NCBI GenBank assembly: GCA_030041545.1
Contig: JASHNQ010000062.1
Coordinates: 38,156-102,155, forward strand
Source of the DNA: a candidate division FCPU426 bacterium
GTDB taxonomy: Bacteria; Oederibacteriota; Muellerivitia; Muellerivitales; Muellerivitaceae
Direction of reading: 5' to 3'
Length of the DNA: 64,000 nucleotides
Under the pieces are notes generated by a model. The model saw only the letters and a list, made by a program, of their open reading frames with translations, made no database searches and had not been told where the DNA came from. Position 1 is the stretch's first letter, and the number at the start of each line of letters is the position of its first letter. Below are positions 27,099 to 38,079 of this stretch, in pieces. The position numbers and the translations under genes are program-made.

Positions 27099-29087
27099 TT
27101 AAACCGGTCCCGTGATGCGCGCCCTCAGCTGGCGGATTTGGTCCCGCAACTCAGCGGCCTTCTCATACTCGTACTTCTGGGCGTGGGCCATCATTTCCTT
27201 CTCGAGGGACTCGATCTTCCGGGGAACGGCCTCGGGCGGCAAATAATCCGCCCCTTCTTCCGCGGCAATGGGCACCGTATAATAATCGGCTTCATAAACC
27301 GTGGCGAGAAGTCGCCGGATTTCTTTTTTAACCGTGGTGGGGGTAATGCCGTTTTCTTTATTATAGGCTTCCTGGATTTCCCTGCGGCGCTTGGTCTCGG
27401 CCACTGTTTTACGGATGGAATCGGTCGCATGGTCCGCGTAAAAAACGACCCGTCCGTCCACGTTGCGGGCGGCCCGGCCGGCGGTTTGCATCAACGAAAC
27501 TTCCGAGCGAAGGAAGCCTTCCTTGTCGGCGTCCAAAACCGCCACAAGGCTCACTTCCGGCAAGTCCAGGCCTTCCCGGAGCAGGTTGACGCCTACCAGC
27601 ACCTCATAAATCCCCAGCCGCAAGTCCCGGATGATCTTGATGCGCTCCAGGGTTTCCACGTCGGAGTGCAGGTAGGCCACCTTCACGTTGAGTTGCTTCA
27701 AGTAACCCGTCAAATCCTCGGCCATTTTCTTGGTCAGCGTGGTCACCAGCACCCTTTGTCCCTTTTTGGCGATCTCCCGGGCCTCGCCTAAAAGGTCGTC
27801 CACCTGGTTTTGGGCGGGCCGGATTTCCACCAAGGGATCCATGAGCCCCGTGGGCCGGATAATCTGTTCCACCACTTCACCCTTGGAGTCCTTCAATTCG
27901 GCCTCGGAAGGGGTCGCGGAGACGTAAATCACCTGGCCCACCTTCTTGCGGAACTCCTCGTAGCGCAGGGGGCGGTTGTCAAAGGCGCAAGGCAGGCGGA
28001 AACCGTACTCGACCAGGTTCTTCTTGCGGGCGTAATCGCCGTTATACATGGCGCGCAGTTGGGGCAGGGTCACGTGGGACTCATCGATAAAAGTCAGGAA
28101 GTCGTCCGGGAAATAATCCAAAAGGGTATAGGGAGGATCCCCCGGCTTGCGCCCGTCGAAATGCCGGCTATAGTTCTCAATACCCTGGCAATATCCCATT
28201 TCCTGGATCATTTCCAAGTCGTACAGGGTCCTTTGCTCCAGCCTTTGGGCCTCCACCAGTTTGTTCTGCTCCTTCAGTTCCCGGAGCCGATCCCGCAGTT
28301 CGTCCTGGATATGGGCCATGGCGCCCTTGAGGATGGCGTCCGGCGTGACATAGTGCTTGGCGGGATAAATGGCGAAAATCGACCGCCGGTTCAGGGCCTT
28401 TCCCGTGACCGCGTCGATCTCTGAAATCTTCTCCAATTCGTCCCCGAAAAACTCCAGGCGGAAGGGATTTTCCTCGTAGGCTGGATAAAGCTCGATGACG
28501 TCGCCCTTGATGCGGAACTTGCCCCGGCTGAAGTCAATATCGTTGCGGGAGTACTGGATGGACACCATGTCCCGCAGGAATTGCTCGCGTTTGACTTCCT
28601 GGCCCTCCCGAACCACCACGTGCATGTTTTTGTAGTTCTCCGGGGAGCCCAAGCCGTAGATGCAGGAAACCGAAGCCACGATGACCACGTCCCTTCTTTC
28701 CTGTAAAAGGGCGGTGGCTTCCAGCCGAAGCCGGTCCAATTCCATGTTGATGGAAGCGTCCTTCTCGATGAAAGTGTCGGTTTGGGGGATATAGGCTTCC
28801 GGCTGGTAATAATCGTAATAGCTGACGAAGTAGGCCACGGCGTTCTTCGGAAAAAATTCCTTGAACTCGCTGTAAAGCTGGGCCGCCAAGGTCTTGTTGT
28901 GGGAAATGACCAGCGTGGGCCGCTGGGCCCGCTGGATCACCTGGGCCATCGTGAAGGTTTTGCCGGACCCCGTCACTCCCAGCAGTGTTTGGTGGGATTT
29001 CCCTTTTTCGAGGTTTTGGACGAGTTTGTCAATGGCCTGGGGCTGGTCGCCGGTGGGTTTGAAGTTGGAAACGATTTCGAATTTCAC
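27099..29087 (-). CDS. uvrB: excinuclease ABC subunit B
   Basis: [46 protein letters not shown] domain. Confidence 0.98.
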   Translation of the reverse strand: MKFEIVSNFKPTGDQPQAIDKLVQNLEKGKSHQTLLGVTGSGKTFTMAQVIQRAQRPTLVISHNKTLAAQLYSEFKEFFPKNAVAYFVSYYDYYQPEAYIPQTDTFIEKDASINMELDRLRLEATALLQERRDVVIVASVSCIYGLGSPENYKNMHVVVREGQEVKREQFLRDMVSIQYSRNDIDFSRGKFRIKGDVIELYPAYEENPFRLEFFGDELEKISEIDAVTGKALNRRSIFAIYPAKHYVTPDAILKGAMAHIQDELRDRLRELKEQNKLVEAQRLEQRTLYDLEMIQEMGYCQGIENYSRHFDGRKPGDPPYTLLDYFPDDFLTFIDESHVTLPQLRAMYNGDYARKKNLVEYGFRLPCAFDNRPLRYEEFRKKVGQVIYVSATPSEAELKDSKGEVVEQIIRPTGLMDPLVEIRPAQNQVDDLLGEAREIAKKGQRVLVTTLTKKMAEDLTGYLKQLNVKVAYLHSDVETLERIKIIRDLRLGIYEVLVGVNLLREGLDLPEVSLVAVLDADKEGFLRSEVSLMQTAGRAARNVDGRVVFYADHATDSIRKTVAETKRRREIQEAYNKENGITPTTVKKEIRRLLATVYEADYYTVPIAAEEGADYLPPEAVPRKIESLEKEMMAHAQKYEYEKAAELRDQIRQLRARITGPV

Positions 29088-29237
29088 GCCGGCCTTCTTG
29101 ATGGGGATTGAAAATCTTCAAAGGGAATGGGCCAGGGCATATTTTCAGAAAGGGAAAGGTTGAAAACAAGGGGGATTTAAAGGCGAATTTTGAATTTTAA
29201 ATGTTAAATTTTAAAACAGAGAATTTAAAATTCGTTT

Positions 29238-31307
29238 TCAGATGCCTTTCAGTCGCAGGATGTCCCTCAGTTTTTCCCGCACTTCCTCATTGTTGGGTTC
29301 TTCGTTCAAAATCTTCTCATAGATCTTGAGGGCCTCCACGTAAAGGCCCTGCTTGGCGTAAATTTCCGCCAAGGTTTGACGCACAAAGGGGTCGTCCAGG
29401 GACTCCTGGGATTCGGTGGGCGGTGCGGCTTTTTCACCGCCCGCCGCCTTGGAAGGAACGGAGGGGAAAGCGGACTGTGCCCTTGTTTCCTTTTCCTTCT
29501 CCATCCGGAGCCTTTCCATCCCCTGCAATATTTCCTGGTTAATTTTGGCCTTGGCCGCCTCCTGTTCCTTCTTTTGGGTGGCGAATTTTTTACGTTCTTC
29601 CTCTTCCTGTTTCCGTTTTTCCTCCTCCTGATGAAGGGCTGCTTTCAGCTGGAGTTCCCGCGCCAGCCTTTCCTGGGTTTCCTTCTCGATTTGTTCCCGG
29701 AGCTTTTGTTCCATGGAAACTTTACTTTCCTCCAACTCGGCCTTAAGCCGGTTCAGGGATTCCGATTTTTCCCTTTCCAACCGTTCCCGTTCGGCCGCCA
29801 AAAACTTCTGCTTTTCCTCGTATTCCCTCGCGATCCGCAGGCGCAATTCCTCCTCTTGGGAGCGCTGCACCTGCTCCATCAGCCTGGACTCCAACTCCTG
29901 TTTCAGGCGCAATTGTTCCGCTTCTCTCTTCTGTTCCATCTCCTGTTGTTGGGCCTGGACAAGCCGCGTCTGTTCCTCCAGTTCCCGGCGCATCTGCTCG
30001 CGCAATTCCCTTTCCAATTCCGACTTGATTTCCTCGGCCGAGGGAGGCTTTTCCGCGGGTTCGGCCGCCCTGGCCATCAACACGTAAACCTGCTGCAACC
30101 GAACCCGGGTGTCGGGCAGTTGGGGCCAGCGTTTCAACATGTCCAGGTAAATATCAATGGCCTGCTCGTAAAAGCCCCTTTCGGTGAAATCGACCGCCTG
30201 GGAAAGCATTGTTTGCTGTTCCCGGGTCTCATCGAGAGCGGGTTCAGCCGGCGCGCCCTCCTCGGCCGCCGCTTCCACCTGCGGAAGGGCTTGTCCCAAG
30301 CCGAAACGGTTGACGGCTTCGTTGGCCGGGTCCAATTCCAAAATGGTCTGCCGGACTTCGCGCGCCTCGTCCAGGAGGTTTTCATTAAAATAAATCGCAA
30401 GTATCTTCGAATAAGCCTGGACCGCTTCGGGCACTTGGCCCAGCCGCAAAAAGGAAAGGGCGAGATATTTCAATGCGCCCACATGCCCGTCCTGGAAAGT
30501 CAAAAATTTTTCAAAGGCCACCCGGCTTTCCTGGTATTTTTGGAGATTAAAATAAATGACGCCTAAATGGTAGAAAGTGCTGGAATCCCCCAGCTCAATG
30601 GCCTTTTGGGCCGCTTCCTGGGCCCTGGAAAACTCGTTCTTGCTGATGTAAATCTCGATCAGGTCCTGCAAACCCTTCACGGCTGCTGGCGTCTGTCCGG
30701 CTTGGGTGAAAAGGGCGATCATCTTTTCCCGGGCCTCGATGTTCAAGGGGTCCAGTTCGGTGATGACCTGAAGCACCTCCACCAACCGGCCCGTTTGGGT
30801 TTCAGGGTCCAAACCCGACAAGAGCGTGGTCAGCAATTCCACCGCCTCGAACTTCTGCCCTGTTTTGGCCAAAAGCCTGGCCAGTTGGAAATAAGCGTCG
30901 CTGCGGCCGGGTTCGGCCTTGAGGACCGACCTGTAAATTTCCACGGCTTTGGCGGGATCCTCTTCCTCGGCCCGGCGGGCGCGGTCCAGATATTTGTCCA
31001 TCAGGTTCTTGACCGCGTTCAATAGTTCCGCGTCATTGGGCACCAGCTTGAGCATGCGGCGGTAGACCTGGAGCACCTTATCCACCTGGTTTTTCTGGTC
31101 GTATCCCTGGGCCACAAGGTCGTATTGCTGCAGTGCTTCCTGGGCGTCGCCTTTTTTGGCGTAAATGTCAGCCAGCATATTGTGGACATTAAGGTCCTTG
31201 GGGTCCAGGTCCGCAAGTTTGTGGTATTCCTCGATCGCCCTGTCCCAATCACCTTTTTGGTAATAGGAGTATGCGGTTTTGATAAGGACAGCCTTGTCTT
31301 CGGACAC
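29238..31307 (-). CDS. TPR-repeat protein with long charged coiled coil and terminal TPR
   Basis: Repeated TPR helices, E/Q/R-rich segment, C-terminal TLAEIYAKQGLYVEALKIYEKIL. Confidence 0.85.
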   Translation of the reverse strand: MSEDKAVLIKTAYSYYQKGDWDRAIEEYHKLADLDPKDLNVHNMLADIYAKKGDAQEALQQYDLVAQGYDQKNQVDKVLQVYRRMLKLVPNDAELLNAVKNLMDKYLDRARRAEEEDPAKAVEIYRSVLKAEPGRSDAYFQLARLLAKTGQKFEAVELLTTLLSGLDPETQTGRLVEVLQVITELDPLNIEAREKMIALFTQAGQTPAAVKGLQDLIEIYISKNEFSRAQEAAQKAIELGDSSTFYHLGVIYFNLQKYQESRVAFEKFLTFQDGHVGALKYLALSFLRLGQVPEAVQAYSKILAIYFNENLLDEAREVRQTILELDPANEAVNRFGLGQALPQVEAAAEEGAPAEPALDETREQQTMLSQAVDFTERGFYEQAIDIYLDMLKRWPQLPDTRVRLQQVYVLMARAAEPAEKPPSAEEIKSELERELREQMRRELEEQTRLVQAQQQEMEQKREAEQLRLKQELESRLMEQVQRSQEEELRLRIAREYEEKQKFLAAERERLEREKSESLNRLKAELEESKVSMEQKLREQIEKETQERLARELQLKAALHQEEEKRKQEEEERKKFATQKKEQEAAKAKINQEILQGMERLRMEKEKETRAQSAFPSVPSKAAGGEKAAPPTESQESLDDPFVRQTLAEIYAKQGLYVEALKIYEKILNEEPNNEEVREKLRDILRLKGI

Positions 31308-31487
31308 CGCGGGAAAACTCCTTGTGGACTAAAAAGTCTTGAAACAAACCATAGCGGACATGGTTTGGTTCAGTGCTTTTAACTTGAAAATGCGGGAATA
31401 ATCAGGATGGAAAACAATTTAACATAGGCCATGGAACAGACCAAGGCTTTTGTCCAGGGTCCCTGCGCCGGAAACCGAAGGATGGCG

Positions 31488-34379
31488 CTAGTTTTTCGGT
31501 GTCATCTCGAGGCAGGTGATGGAGTAAGGGGGAAAGGTATATTCAAAGCGGCTCTGAACGGACTTTCCAACCTTCAAGTGGCTGGGGCCCGTGTTGATGA
31601 CAGCCCGGTAAAGGTTTTCGCTCCATTGATATTCCTTGGAACTCAGCTGAAAGATATCCAGGGTTGACTTGCCCGTTCCTTTTCCCAGGTTGATTGCGGT
31701 TTTATAAGAAGTCTTGGGATTCTTATTGATGACTAACAAGTATTTTTCCCCGTTCCCCGTGCTGGCATAGGTCGAAAGGTCGTCGTTGTTGGAAACGGCC
31801 TGGTAAAGGGTTGTCCCAAAATAGTGCTCCAGCATGTAGAGGGCCCAATAATGCGCACGGGGAGCGTAGGGTTGGTCCGGATCGTTATTGGGGTCCATCA
31901 CGCCATGTCCCCCGCCCTGCCCCGGCTTTTGGGTGAAAAGGTCCCATAGGGTGTCCTGGTTGACGCCCCACACCATCATTTGGGCCAAGTAATCCGCGCA
32001 AAATAGGCCGTTGATCAGCTTGGCGGTGGTGGAGTTTTCATCGCCGGAATTCCATTCGCTGACCGCGATTTCGACTTTATCCGCCCGGTCGGGGATATTC
32101 TTCTGGATGGCTTCCCGGATCTTGGGGATCCACTCGGACCATATGGAAGTCTTGGACAAAAGGTTGGAATCGCTGTCGTTGCTCCAATAAGGGTAGCTGT
32201 GCACTGACACCACGTCCACGTAGGGGCCGCATTCCTCCAGGAACTTTTCCACCCACCAGGGGGAGTCGGAGGAGGCCAGCCAGGGTGAGCCTTCCTTCCT
32301 CTCGCGGTTGTCCACTTGGGCGATGGCGGGGCCCATGAGCTTGATGTCGGGGTACTTGGCCTTGATGGCCTTGGCGAACTCCAAGTAATGCTTGCAATAG
32401 TTATCGATGACCGTCCAATATTGGGTCTGGCCCTGGTAAGCCATGTCGGCCTCGTAATCCGGTTCGTTCCCTAATTCGACGTATTTTACCTTCAAGCCCT
32501 TGCTTTTGGCGTCGGCGATCCAGTCCAGCGCGTTTTGGACGTCCATAGTCATGATATTGGCGATCATCAATGGCTCACCATTGGGTAGGCTTTTGACGAA
32601 GGAAACCATGTCGTCCCACTTGCAGTTGCCGCTCCACTGGACTGTAGTTCCGTCCTTTTGGAGGACTTCGCCGGTCTTCCACCGCCAGATGTTGCCGTAG
32701 GCCCCGCCGGGCAAGCGGATATAAGAGGTCAAGCCAATAGTCTTTTTAAGGGCATCCGGGTCGGTGAACCAGTTGGCTTCGTACCAGGCGGCGATATTGT
32801 TGCCGAACATATAGTGGGGGTTGATGGTGCGTATTTTCTTGTCAAAAAAGACGTCCATGACCGCCTTTTTAACCACCGAGGCCTCGGGCGAGAGCGAAAC
32901 AGTCCAGGGGGCGGTCGAGGACGCGGAAACTTGCACCGACTCCTTGGCCGGCTTATAGCCCGGCTTGAAGACTTCCACGGTATATTGGTCCTCGGGAATG
33001 TCGATACGGAAGGTCCCATTCGCCGCGGTGGTAACGGTCTTCTTGGCCAAAGCCAGGACGGCTCCCGCCACCCCCTTCCCCGTGGCTTTATTGGTCACCC
33101 TTCCCTTCAAAACGGCGGGCGCGCCCTTTTCAATGCCCCGGATGTTGTCCACCACGACCGACCCCGTGATGGGGCCGCCTGAGTTAAAGACCAGGTAAAC
33201 TTTCGTGACGCCTCCCTTGAATTGGGTCGCGTCCACGTCCTGTTTGAGATGGTTCCATCCTTCCTTGACCTGAAACTTGATCTCATTCCAGTTATTAGCC
33301 GGGCTTTGGGTGACAATGTACAGTTCACCGTAGCCCGCCTTGGCCAGGCTTCCCCCAGGGAAGTAAATGTCCAGAGAGATGGCCTTGAAGTTTTCCCATT
33401 TATCGGCCATGGGTACGGCCGAGCAGACCGCCAGGTTTTGATTCCAGCCTTGGGAGCCATCGGTATCGATACGCATGGCGCCGGTGCCCTCGCTGACGGT
33501 TTGGGCTTCCTGGGACACCTTTCCCTCGAACCCGCCCAAATCCCCGTTGAAGCCCCAAATCAGCTCCCCAAGGGTGGAGGCGCCCTTTTTGCCGGCCATT
33601 GGGTCCATTTCCGTGGTTTGGGCCCCAGGCATGGCCTGCTTCGGAGCGGTGTTGACGAAAACAGTATTCCCGGTGAATTGGAGGCTTCCCCAAACCGATG
33701 GATCTTGCCAGCTCTTATCGCTGCCGCTCCAGGACATCTGGAGGGTGCGGGTCTTGGACATGGCGCCCACGTCGTCCAGGGAAACGTCAAAACCGACAGA
33801 TTGGCCCGGCCCCACGTCGATCTTGTAGAAGTATGCCAATGGGATGGAGGCTTCCAGGGCATAGCCGGTGGCCGTCAGCTTGGTGGCCACCTGGGCGTCG
33901 GGTATGTCTCCCTTGTCCGTCATGCTATAAACCTCGGCGCCGTCGCCGTTCTTGCCGGGGGAAATCACCACCTGCACGTCGGTAGGCGCGTAAGACTGGC
34001 GGGCGGGGTTGGAATTGTCGGTTCCCAGGTAAATTTCCAGTGCGTCGCCGTTGTAGATGTTGCTGGCGTTCTGGCTGTTATACTGGGGGGTTTTGCTGGT
34101 GATGTCCGCGCCAATGTAGAGGTTCTTCTTATCGTAGGTGATGTAGATCTTGGCGCTCGCGTAATCCGGACCGGTCCAATCGTTCTGGCCCAAGACGACG
34201 TTTTCTTTTTTATCAAGGGTGATCACAGGCTGGCCTGGCCACTGGGAAAGGTCGCCGTCAATTTGAATCGGAGTTGTGGTATCGGATATCTGGGCGGAGG
34301 GCCCCGCAGCAAAAGAAAAATTGGGGGCGTCAAAACCAAGGGAAACAACAATAAGAAGGGCGAGTTTTAGAAATTTCAT
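31488..34379 (-). CDS. secreted modular glycoside hydrolase: CBM9/DOMON-like module + second beta module + carboxypeptidase-regulatory-like domain + clan GH-A catalytic domain
   Basis: Signal peptide; IQIDGDLSQW / GDALEIY / YALEASIP (CBM9-like); IRLPGG, VELGNEPD (acid/base), AVSEWN (nucleophile). Confidence 0.8.
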   Translation of the reverse strand: MKFLKLALLIVVSLGFDAPNFSFAAGPSAQISDTTTPIQIDGDLSQWPGQPVITLDKKENVVLGQNDWTGPDYASAKIYITYDKKNLYIGADITSKTPQYNSQNASNIYNGDALEIYLGTDNSNPARQSYAPTDVQVVISPGKNGDGAEVYSMTDKGDIPDAQVATKLTATGYALEASIPLAYFYKIDVGPGQSVGFDVSLDDVGAMSKTRTLQMSWSGSDKSWQDPSVWGSLQFTGNTVFVNTAPKQAMPGAQTTEMDPMAGKKGASTLGELIWGFNGDLGGFEGKVSQEAQTVSEGTGAMRIDTDGSQGWNQNLAVCSAVPMADKWENFKAISLDIYFPGGSLAKAGYGELYIVTQSPANNWNEIKFQVKEGWNHLKQDVDATQFKGGVTKVYLVFNSGGPITGSVVVDNIRGIEKGAPAVLKGRVTNKATGKGVAGAVLALAKKTVTTAANGTFRIDIPEDQYTVEVFKPGYKPAKESVQVSASSTAPWTVSLSPEASVVKKAVMDVFFDKKIRTINPHYMFGNNIAAWYEANWFTDPDALKKTIGLTSYIRLPGGAYGNIWRWKTGEVLQKDGTTVQWSGNCKWDDMVSFVKSLPNGEPLMIANIMTMDVQNALDWIADAKSKGLKVKYVELGNEPDYEADMAYQGQTQYWTVIDNYCKHYLEFAKAIKAKYPDIKLMGPAIAQVDNRERKEGSPWLASSDSPWWVEKFLEECGPYVDVVSVHSYPYWSNDSDSNLLSKTSIWSEWIPKIREAIQKNIPDRADKVEIAVSEWNSGDENSTTAKLINGLFCADYLAQMMVWGVNQDTLWDLFTQKPGQGGGHGVMDPNNDPDQPYAPRAHYWALYMLEHYFGTTLYQAVSNNDDLSTYASTGNGEKYLLVINKNPKTSYKTAINLGKGTGKSTLDIFQLSSKEYQWSENLYRAVINTGPSHLKVGKSVQSRFEYTFPPYSITCLEMTPKN

Positions 34380-34418
34380 GAAACCTCGGTATGATCGGAA
34401 ATCAAAAATCGGGAGGCA

Positions 34419-34447
34419 TTTATAACACCTTTCAGGAGGGCCTTCAA
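34419..34447 (-). promoter_or_regulatory. sigma70-type promoter of the glycoside hydrolase gene
   Basis: TTGAAG-17nt-TATAAA. Confidence 0.55.
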
Positions 34448-34484
34448 CGGCAAACTGGGAATGGCAAGGGCGGAAGCTTTTGGG

Positions 34485-34498
34485 AAAAAGCGCTTTTT
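34485..34498. promoter_or_regulatory. candidate LacI-family operator
   Basis: Perfect palindrome AAAAAGCGCTTTTT with central CG, between the lacI-type gene and the GH gene. Confidence 0.4.
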
Positions 34499-34518
34499 AA
34501 AAAAAGTCCGGTGGCCGG

Positions 34519-35559
34519 TTAGCTTTTTTGTTCCTGGGAATTTTTCAAGTAATAGCCGCAGCTTTCACGAACCACCAACTTGGTGGGGAAAAAGCGGTGG
34601 GTATACTCCAAGGGCCGCTTTTCGATCTGGTTCCACAGCATCTTGGCGGCCTCATAGCCGATGTCATAGGCGGGCTGATGCACGGTGGTCAGCGTCGGGT
34701 CGTTGGAAATATCGTCAAACCCCACGACCGCCACGTCCTGCGGCACCCGCAGGCCTTGTTTGCGCAGCTGACGGATGGCGCCGATGGCCATCATGTCGGT
34801 CGAGGCGATCAGGGCGGTCGGCGGATTCTTGGTTTTCCAGAAGGCCTCGACCGCCTTGTTGCCCGCCTGTTCGGTCCAATTGCCGAAATAGACGTGTTCC
34901 TCGTGAAAGGCAATGCCACGCTTTTTAATGATGTATTTGAAGGCGTTGAAACGGTCCAGGGCGTTCTTGGAGTAGTTGATGTCCCCCGCGATAAAACCAA
35001 TGCGCTTATGGTCCAGCGAAAGGAGGTGATCCACCACGTCGATGATACCCTGGGTATTGAGACAGTCCACGAAACAAACATTCGGGTCGTTCACTTGGTA
35101 ATTTACCAGCACGTAAGGAAGCGACCCCTGTTTCAAATCCTGGTAAAAACGGGATTCCACGGGCGGAGCAATGGCGAGCACGCCGTCCACAAGCCCCGAA
35201 TTGACGAAATTGGCGTAAACCCCCTCGTTTTGGATTTGGCGGCTGAAGGTGTTCATCAAAATGTTGTAACGCTTTTCACTGATGAAGCTGATGATGCCGT
35301 CCAGGACCCGGGTTAGGTAAAAATCACTGAGGGAAGGCTTTTCGTACCAGAAGAAAACAACGCCGATGTTGTAGGTTTTGCGGGTCTTCAGGCCCCGGGC
35401 CATGGTGTTGGGGTAATACCCCAATTCCTTGAGGATTCTTTCGATCCGTTGCTGGGTCTTCACGCCGACCTTGTGGATATCCTTTTGATTGACGACCCTC
35501 GAAACGGTCGCCACGGAAACTCCGGCTTTCTGAGCAACATCCTTGATGGTGATGGCCAT
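34519..35559 (-). CDS. LacI family transcriptional regulator
   Basis: TIKDVAQKAGVSVATVSRVVN, YYPNTMARGL, VAVVGFDD, LTTVHQP. Confidence 0.95.
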   Translation of the reverse strand: MAITIKDVAQKAGVSVATVSRVVNQKDIHKVGVKTQQRIERILKELGYYPNTMARGLKTRKTYNIGVVFFWYEKPSLSDFYLTRVLDGIISFISEKRYNILMNTFSRQIQNEGVYANFVNSGLVDGVLAIAPPVESRFYQDLKQGSLPYVLVNYQVNDPNVCFVDCLNTQGIIDVVDHLLSLDHKRIGFIAGDINYSKNALDRFNAFKYIIKKRGIAFHEEHVYFGNWTEQAGNKAVEAFWKTKNPPTALIASTDMMAIGAIRQLRKQGLRVPQDVAVVGFDDISNDPTLTTVHQPAYDIGYEAAKMLWNQIEKRPLEYTHRFFPTKLVVRESCGYYLKNSQEQKS

Positions 35560-35642
35560 CGGTCTGGAACCTCGCTTTGTTGAGTTAAGCTGCCGTCATT
35601 ATACAACAGGTTTGGGGGAACCCAAGTTTTCCCCGTGGGGAT

Positions 35643-36152
35643 TTACTTGGCCAAGGTCACTTTGATCATTTTGTCGCCCTGGCGGAGCTTTAAAACGTTA
35701 TCCATGCCCTTCACCACCCGGCCAAAAACGCAGTAATTCCCGTCCAACTGGTGGACCGCGTCCAAGCAAACGTAAAATTGACTGGAAGCGGAATTGGGGT
35801 CTTGGGACCGGGCCATGCCCAGCGCGCCTTTGTCGTGCTCGTGGTCGGTTATTTCCAATGGAATGGTTTTGGAGGATCCTCCCATGCCCGTTCCCGTCGG
35901 GTCCCCACCCTGGATCACGAAACCCGGAACATAACGATGGAAGGTCAGGTCGTTGTAAAATCCGCTGGAAACCAACTCCAAGAAATTCTGCGTGGTCACT
36001 TTCACGTCCGGGAAAACTTCAACGGTGAATTTTCCCTGCGTGGTTTCAAAAAGAACCCTTGGGTTGGTTTTCTTTCTCTTGGCCATGCCTTCTCCATTGC
36101 ATGCTGAAAAAATTAAACCGCAAAGTAAAATCAAAGCCAGCTTTCGGGCCAT
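35643..36152 (-). CDS. cyclophilin-type peptidyl-prolyl isomerase, possible lipoprotein
   Basis: [46 protein letters not shown]; N-terminal [12 protein letters not shown] lipobox-like signal. Confidence 0.92.
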   Translation of the reverse strand: MARKLALILLCGLIFSACNGEGMAKRKKTNPRVLFETTQGKFTVEVFPDVKVTTQNFLELVSSGFYNDLTFHRYVPGFVIQGGDPTGTGMGGSSKTIPLEITDHEHDKGALGMARSQDPNSASSQFYVCLDAVHQLDGNYCVFGRVVKGMDNVLKLRQGDKMIKVTLAK

Positions 36153-36286
36153 GTTGCTCCTCTCATATCGTCCCGTATCATAGCGGCATATCCACTGCGC
36201 GTCATCCGCGGATGAATTTTGAGGGCGCCCCATGAGGTTATCAAGAGTCCTCCCTGTTATTGCGGCCTTGGTTTTCCCTTCCTTCC

Positions 36287-36315
36287 TTGACTTCCCTTGA
36301 TTCGTCCCCTAGAAT
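36287..36315 (+). promoter_or_regulatory. sigma70-type promoter of tRNA-Glu
   Basis: TTGACT-17nt-TAGAAT. Confidence 0.65.
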
Positions 36316-36347
36316 TTTCTTTCTTTTGCGCATTTTTCCGCTATTTC

Positions 36348-36423
36348 GACCCCATCGTCTAGAGGCCTAGGACACCGGGTTTTCATCCCGGCAACACGGG
36401 TTCGACTCCCGTTGGGGTCGCCA
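36348..36423 (+). tRNA. tRNA-Glu(TTC)
   Basis: Anticodon arm CCGGG-TT-TTC-AT-CCCGG, CCA. Confidence 0.97.
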
Positions 36424-36551
36424 ATTTTCTCCATAGGGGAAAAGGGTGAATCAAAACAGGTGATCCGTTGAACCGTTGACAACAACACCGGCGAAAATGC
36501 GGTCTGCGGTTCAACCGTTCCACTTAATCAAGTTCGCTTTTGGGGGGTTTC

Positions 36552-37607
36552 ATGATTCGAGTCGGCGTATATGGTGCCACCGGTTATATGGGCGGTGAAG
36601 TCCTGCGCGTATTGATGGAACACCCGGAAGTGGAAATCGCCTGGGCCACCAGCCGCAGTGAAGCCCAAGTGGCCGATTACCATCCTAACCTCTACGGCAC
36701 CGACCTCCAATTCATCCGCCCCGACCAGGCGACCCCCTGCGACGTGGTTTTCATGGCCCTTCCCACGGGCGTTCCCATGGAGCTGGCGCCGAAGTTCCTT
36801 AAGGAAGGCGCCAAGGTCATTGACTTGGGCGCGGATTTCCGTTTAAGCGACCGCGCCATTTGGGAGAAAGTTTATAAGAAGAAACACAAGAGCTGGAACC
36901 TGGCAAAGGAAGCCGTCTACGGTGTCCCCGAACTGCGCCGGGAGAAAATCCGGAAGGCCCGGGTTATTGCCAACCCCGGCTGTTTCGCTTCCGCCGCCAT
37001 CTTAGGCTTGGCCCCGCTGGTCAAGGCCGGCTGGATCGACACCTCCAAAGTTATTGTGGACGGGCTTTCGGGCACTGCCGGCATCGGCGCCGACCTCTCC
37101 CGCCCCGCGCACCATGCCGAAATCGGGAACAATTTGATCCCCTATAACGTTGTGGGACACCGCCACACCTATGAGGCGGAGCAGGAACTGGGCGCCTTGT
37201 CGAAGAAAAAGGTAAAAATGGGGTTCACGCCCGTCTATGTCCCCATCGTCCGTGGCATCCTGGACATCTGCCATGCCTTCCCTATCCGCAAAGTCACTCG
37301 CCCTCAGATCATGGAGCTTTATAAAAGGTTTTACAAAGATGAATACTTCGTCAAAGTCTACGACCTTCCCAAAGAGGAGGGGGCTTCCTGGCAGTATAAG
37401 CCCTATCCTTGGGTGAACAGCGTGTCCGGCACCAATTTCTGTTTCGTCGGCTTGGATGTGGATGAAGCACGGGGCCGCATTGTGGTCTTCAGCGTCTTGG
37501 ACAGCATCGGCAAGGGCGGAGCCCATGTGGGGGTTCAGAACATGAATCTGATGTTTGGGCTGGATGAAACCACAGGTCTTACCCGCCGGGGGCTGCATCC
37601 CATCTAA
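36552..37607 (+). CDS. argC: N-acetyl-gamma-glutamyl-phosphate reductase (ArgC/LysY family)
   Basis: GATGYMG, VIDLGADFRL, ANPGCF, HRHTYE, DSIGKGGAHVGVQNMNLM. Confidence 0.9.
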   Translation: MIRVGVYGATGYMGGEVLRVLMEHPEVEIAWATSRSEAQVADYHPNLYGTDLQFIRPDQATPCDVVFMALPTGVPMELAPKFLKEGAKVIDLGADFRLSDRAIWEKVYKKKHKSWNLAKEAVYGVPELRREKIRKARVIANPGCFASAAILGLAPLVKAGWIDTSKVIVDGLSGTAGIGADLSRPAHHAEIGNNLIPYNVVGHRHTYEAEQELGALSKKKVKMGFTPVYVPIVRGILDICHAFPIRKVTRPQIMELYKRFYKDEYFVKVYDLPKEEGASWQYKPYPWVNSVSGTNFCFVGLDVDEARGRIVVFSVLDSIGKGGAHVGVQNMNLMFGLDETTGLTRRGLHPI

Positions 37608-37701
37608 ACGGCAATTTTAATTCTCAATTTTGAATTCCGGTATATTTTTGATGGCCCGTAAGCCATCAAAAATTTCCAAAATTTAAAATTCATAATTGCC
37701 G

Positions 37702-38079
37702 TTAAGACTCTACCCAATCCACATTTTCAACATCGGCATAAATGAAACCCTCCTTTTCGACGAGAGGCACCCGGTAAAGCGGCGCGCCGCCGCAGGGGCC
37801 GCCTTCGCATCCCCCGGTAACGGGGTTATAAACCGCCCCGTGGTTCTTGCAAACCAGCCATTCCCCGTCCTCGGAAAAAAATTCATTGCCGTCGAAATCC
37901 AGGCCTACAGTCCAATGCCGGCACAGGTTTAAGTAAGCGTAATGCCGCCCGTCCTTTTGGATCAGGAAAGCTTCGGTTTGGCGGTCAGCCCGTTGGATCA
38001 TGAATTTCTTCGACTGATGGTTTTTCAACTCGCCGACCGGCGCGATTTTCAAAAGGCGGTCCTTCGGCTTACGCGGCAT
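37702..38079 (-). CDS. Rieske [2Fe-2S] ferredoxin
   Basis: NLCRHW and LVCKNHGAVY...GGCEGGPC (CxH...CxxH). Confidence 0.9.
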   Translation of the reverse strand: MPRKPKDRLLKIAPVGELKNHQSKKFMIQRADRQTEAFLIQKDGRHYAYLNLCRHWTVGLDFDGNEFFSEDGEWLVCKNHGAVYNPVTGGCEGGPCGGAPLYRVPLVEKEGFIYADVENVDWVES

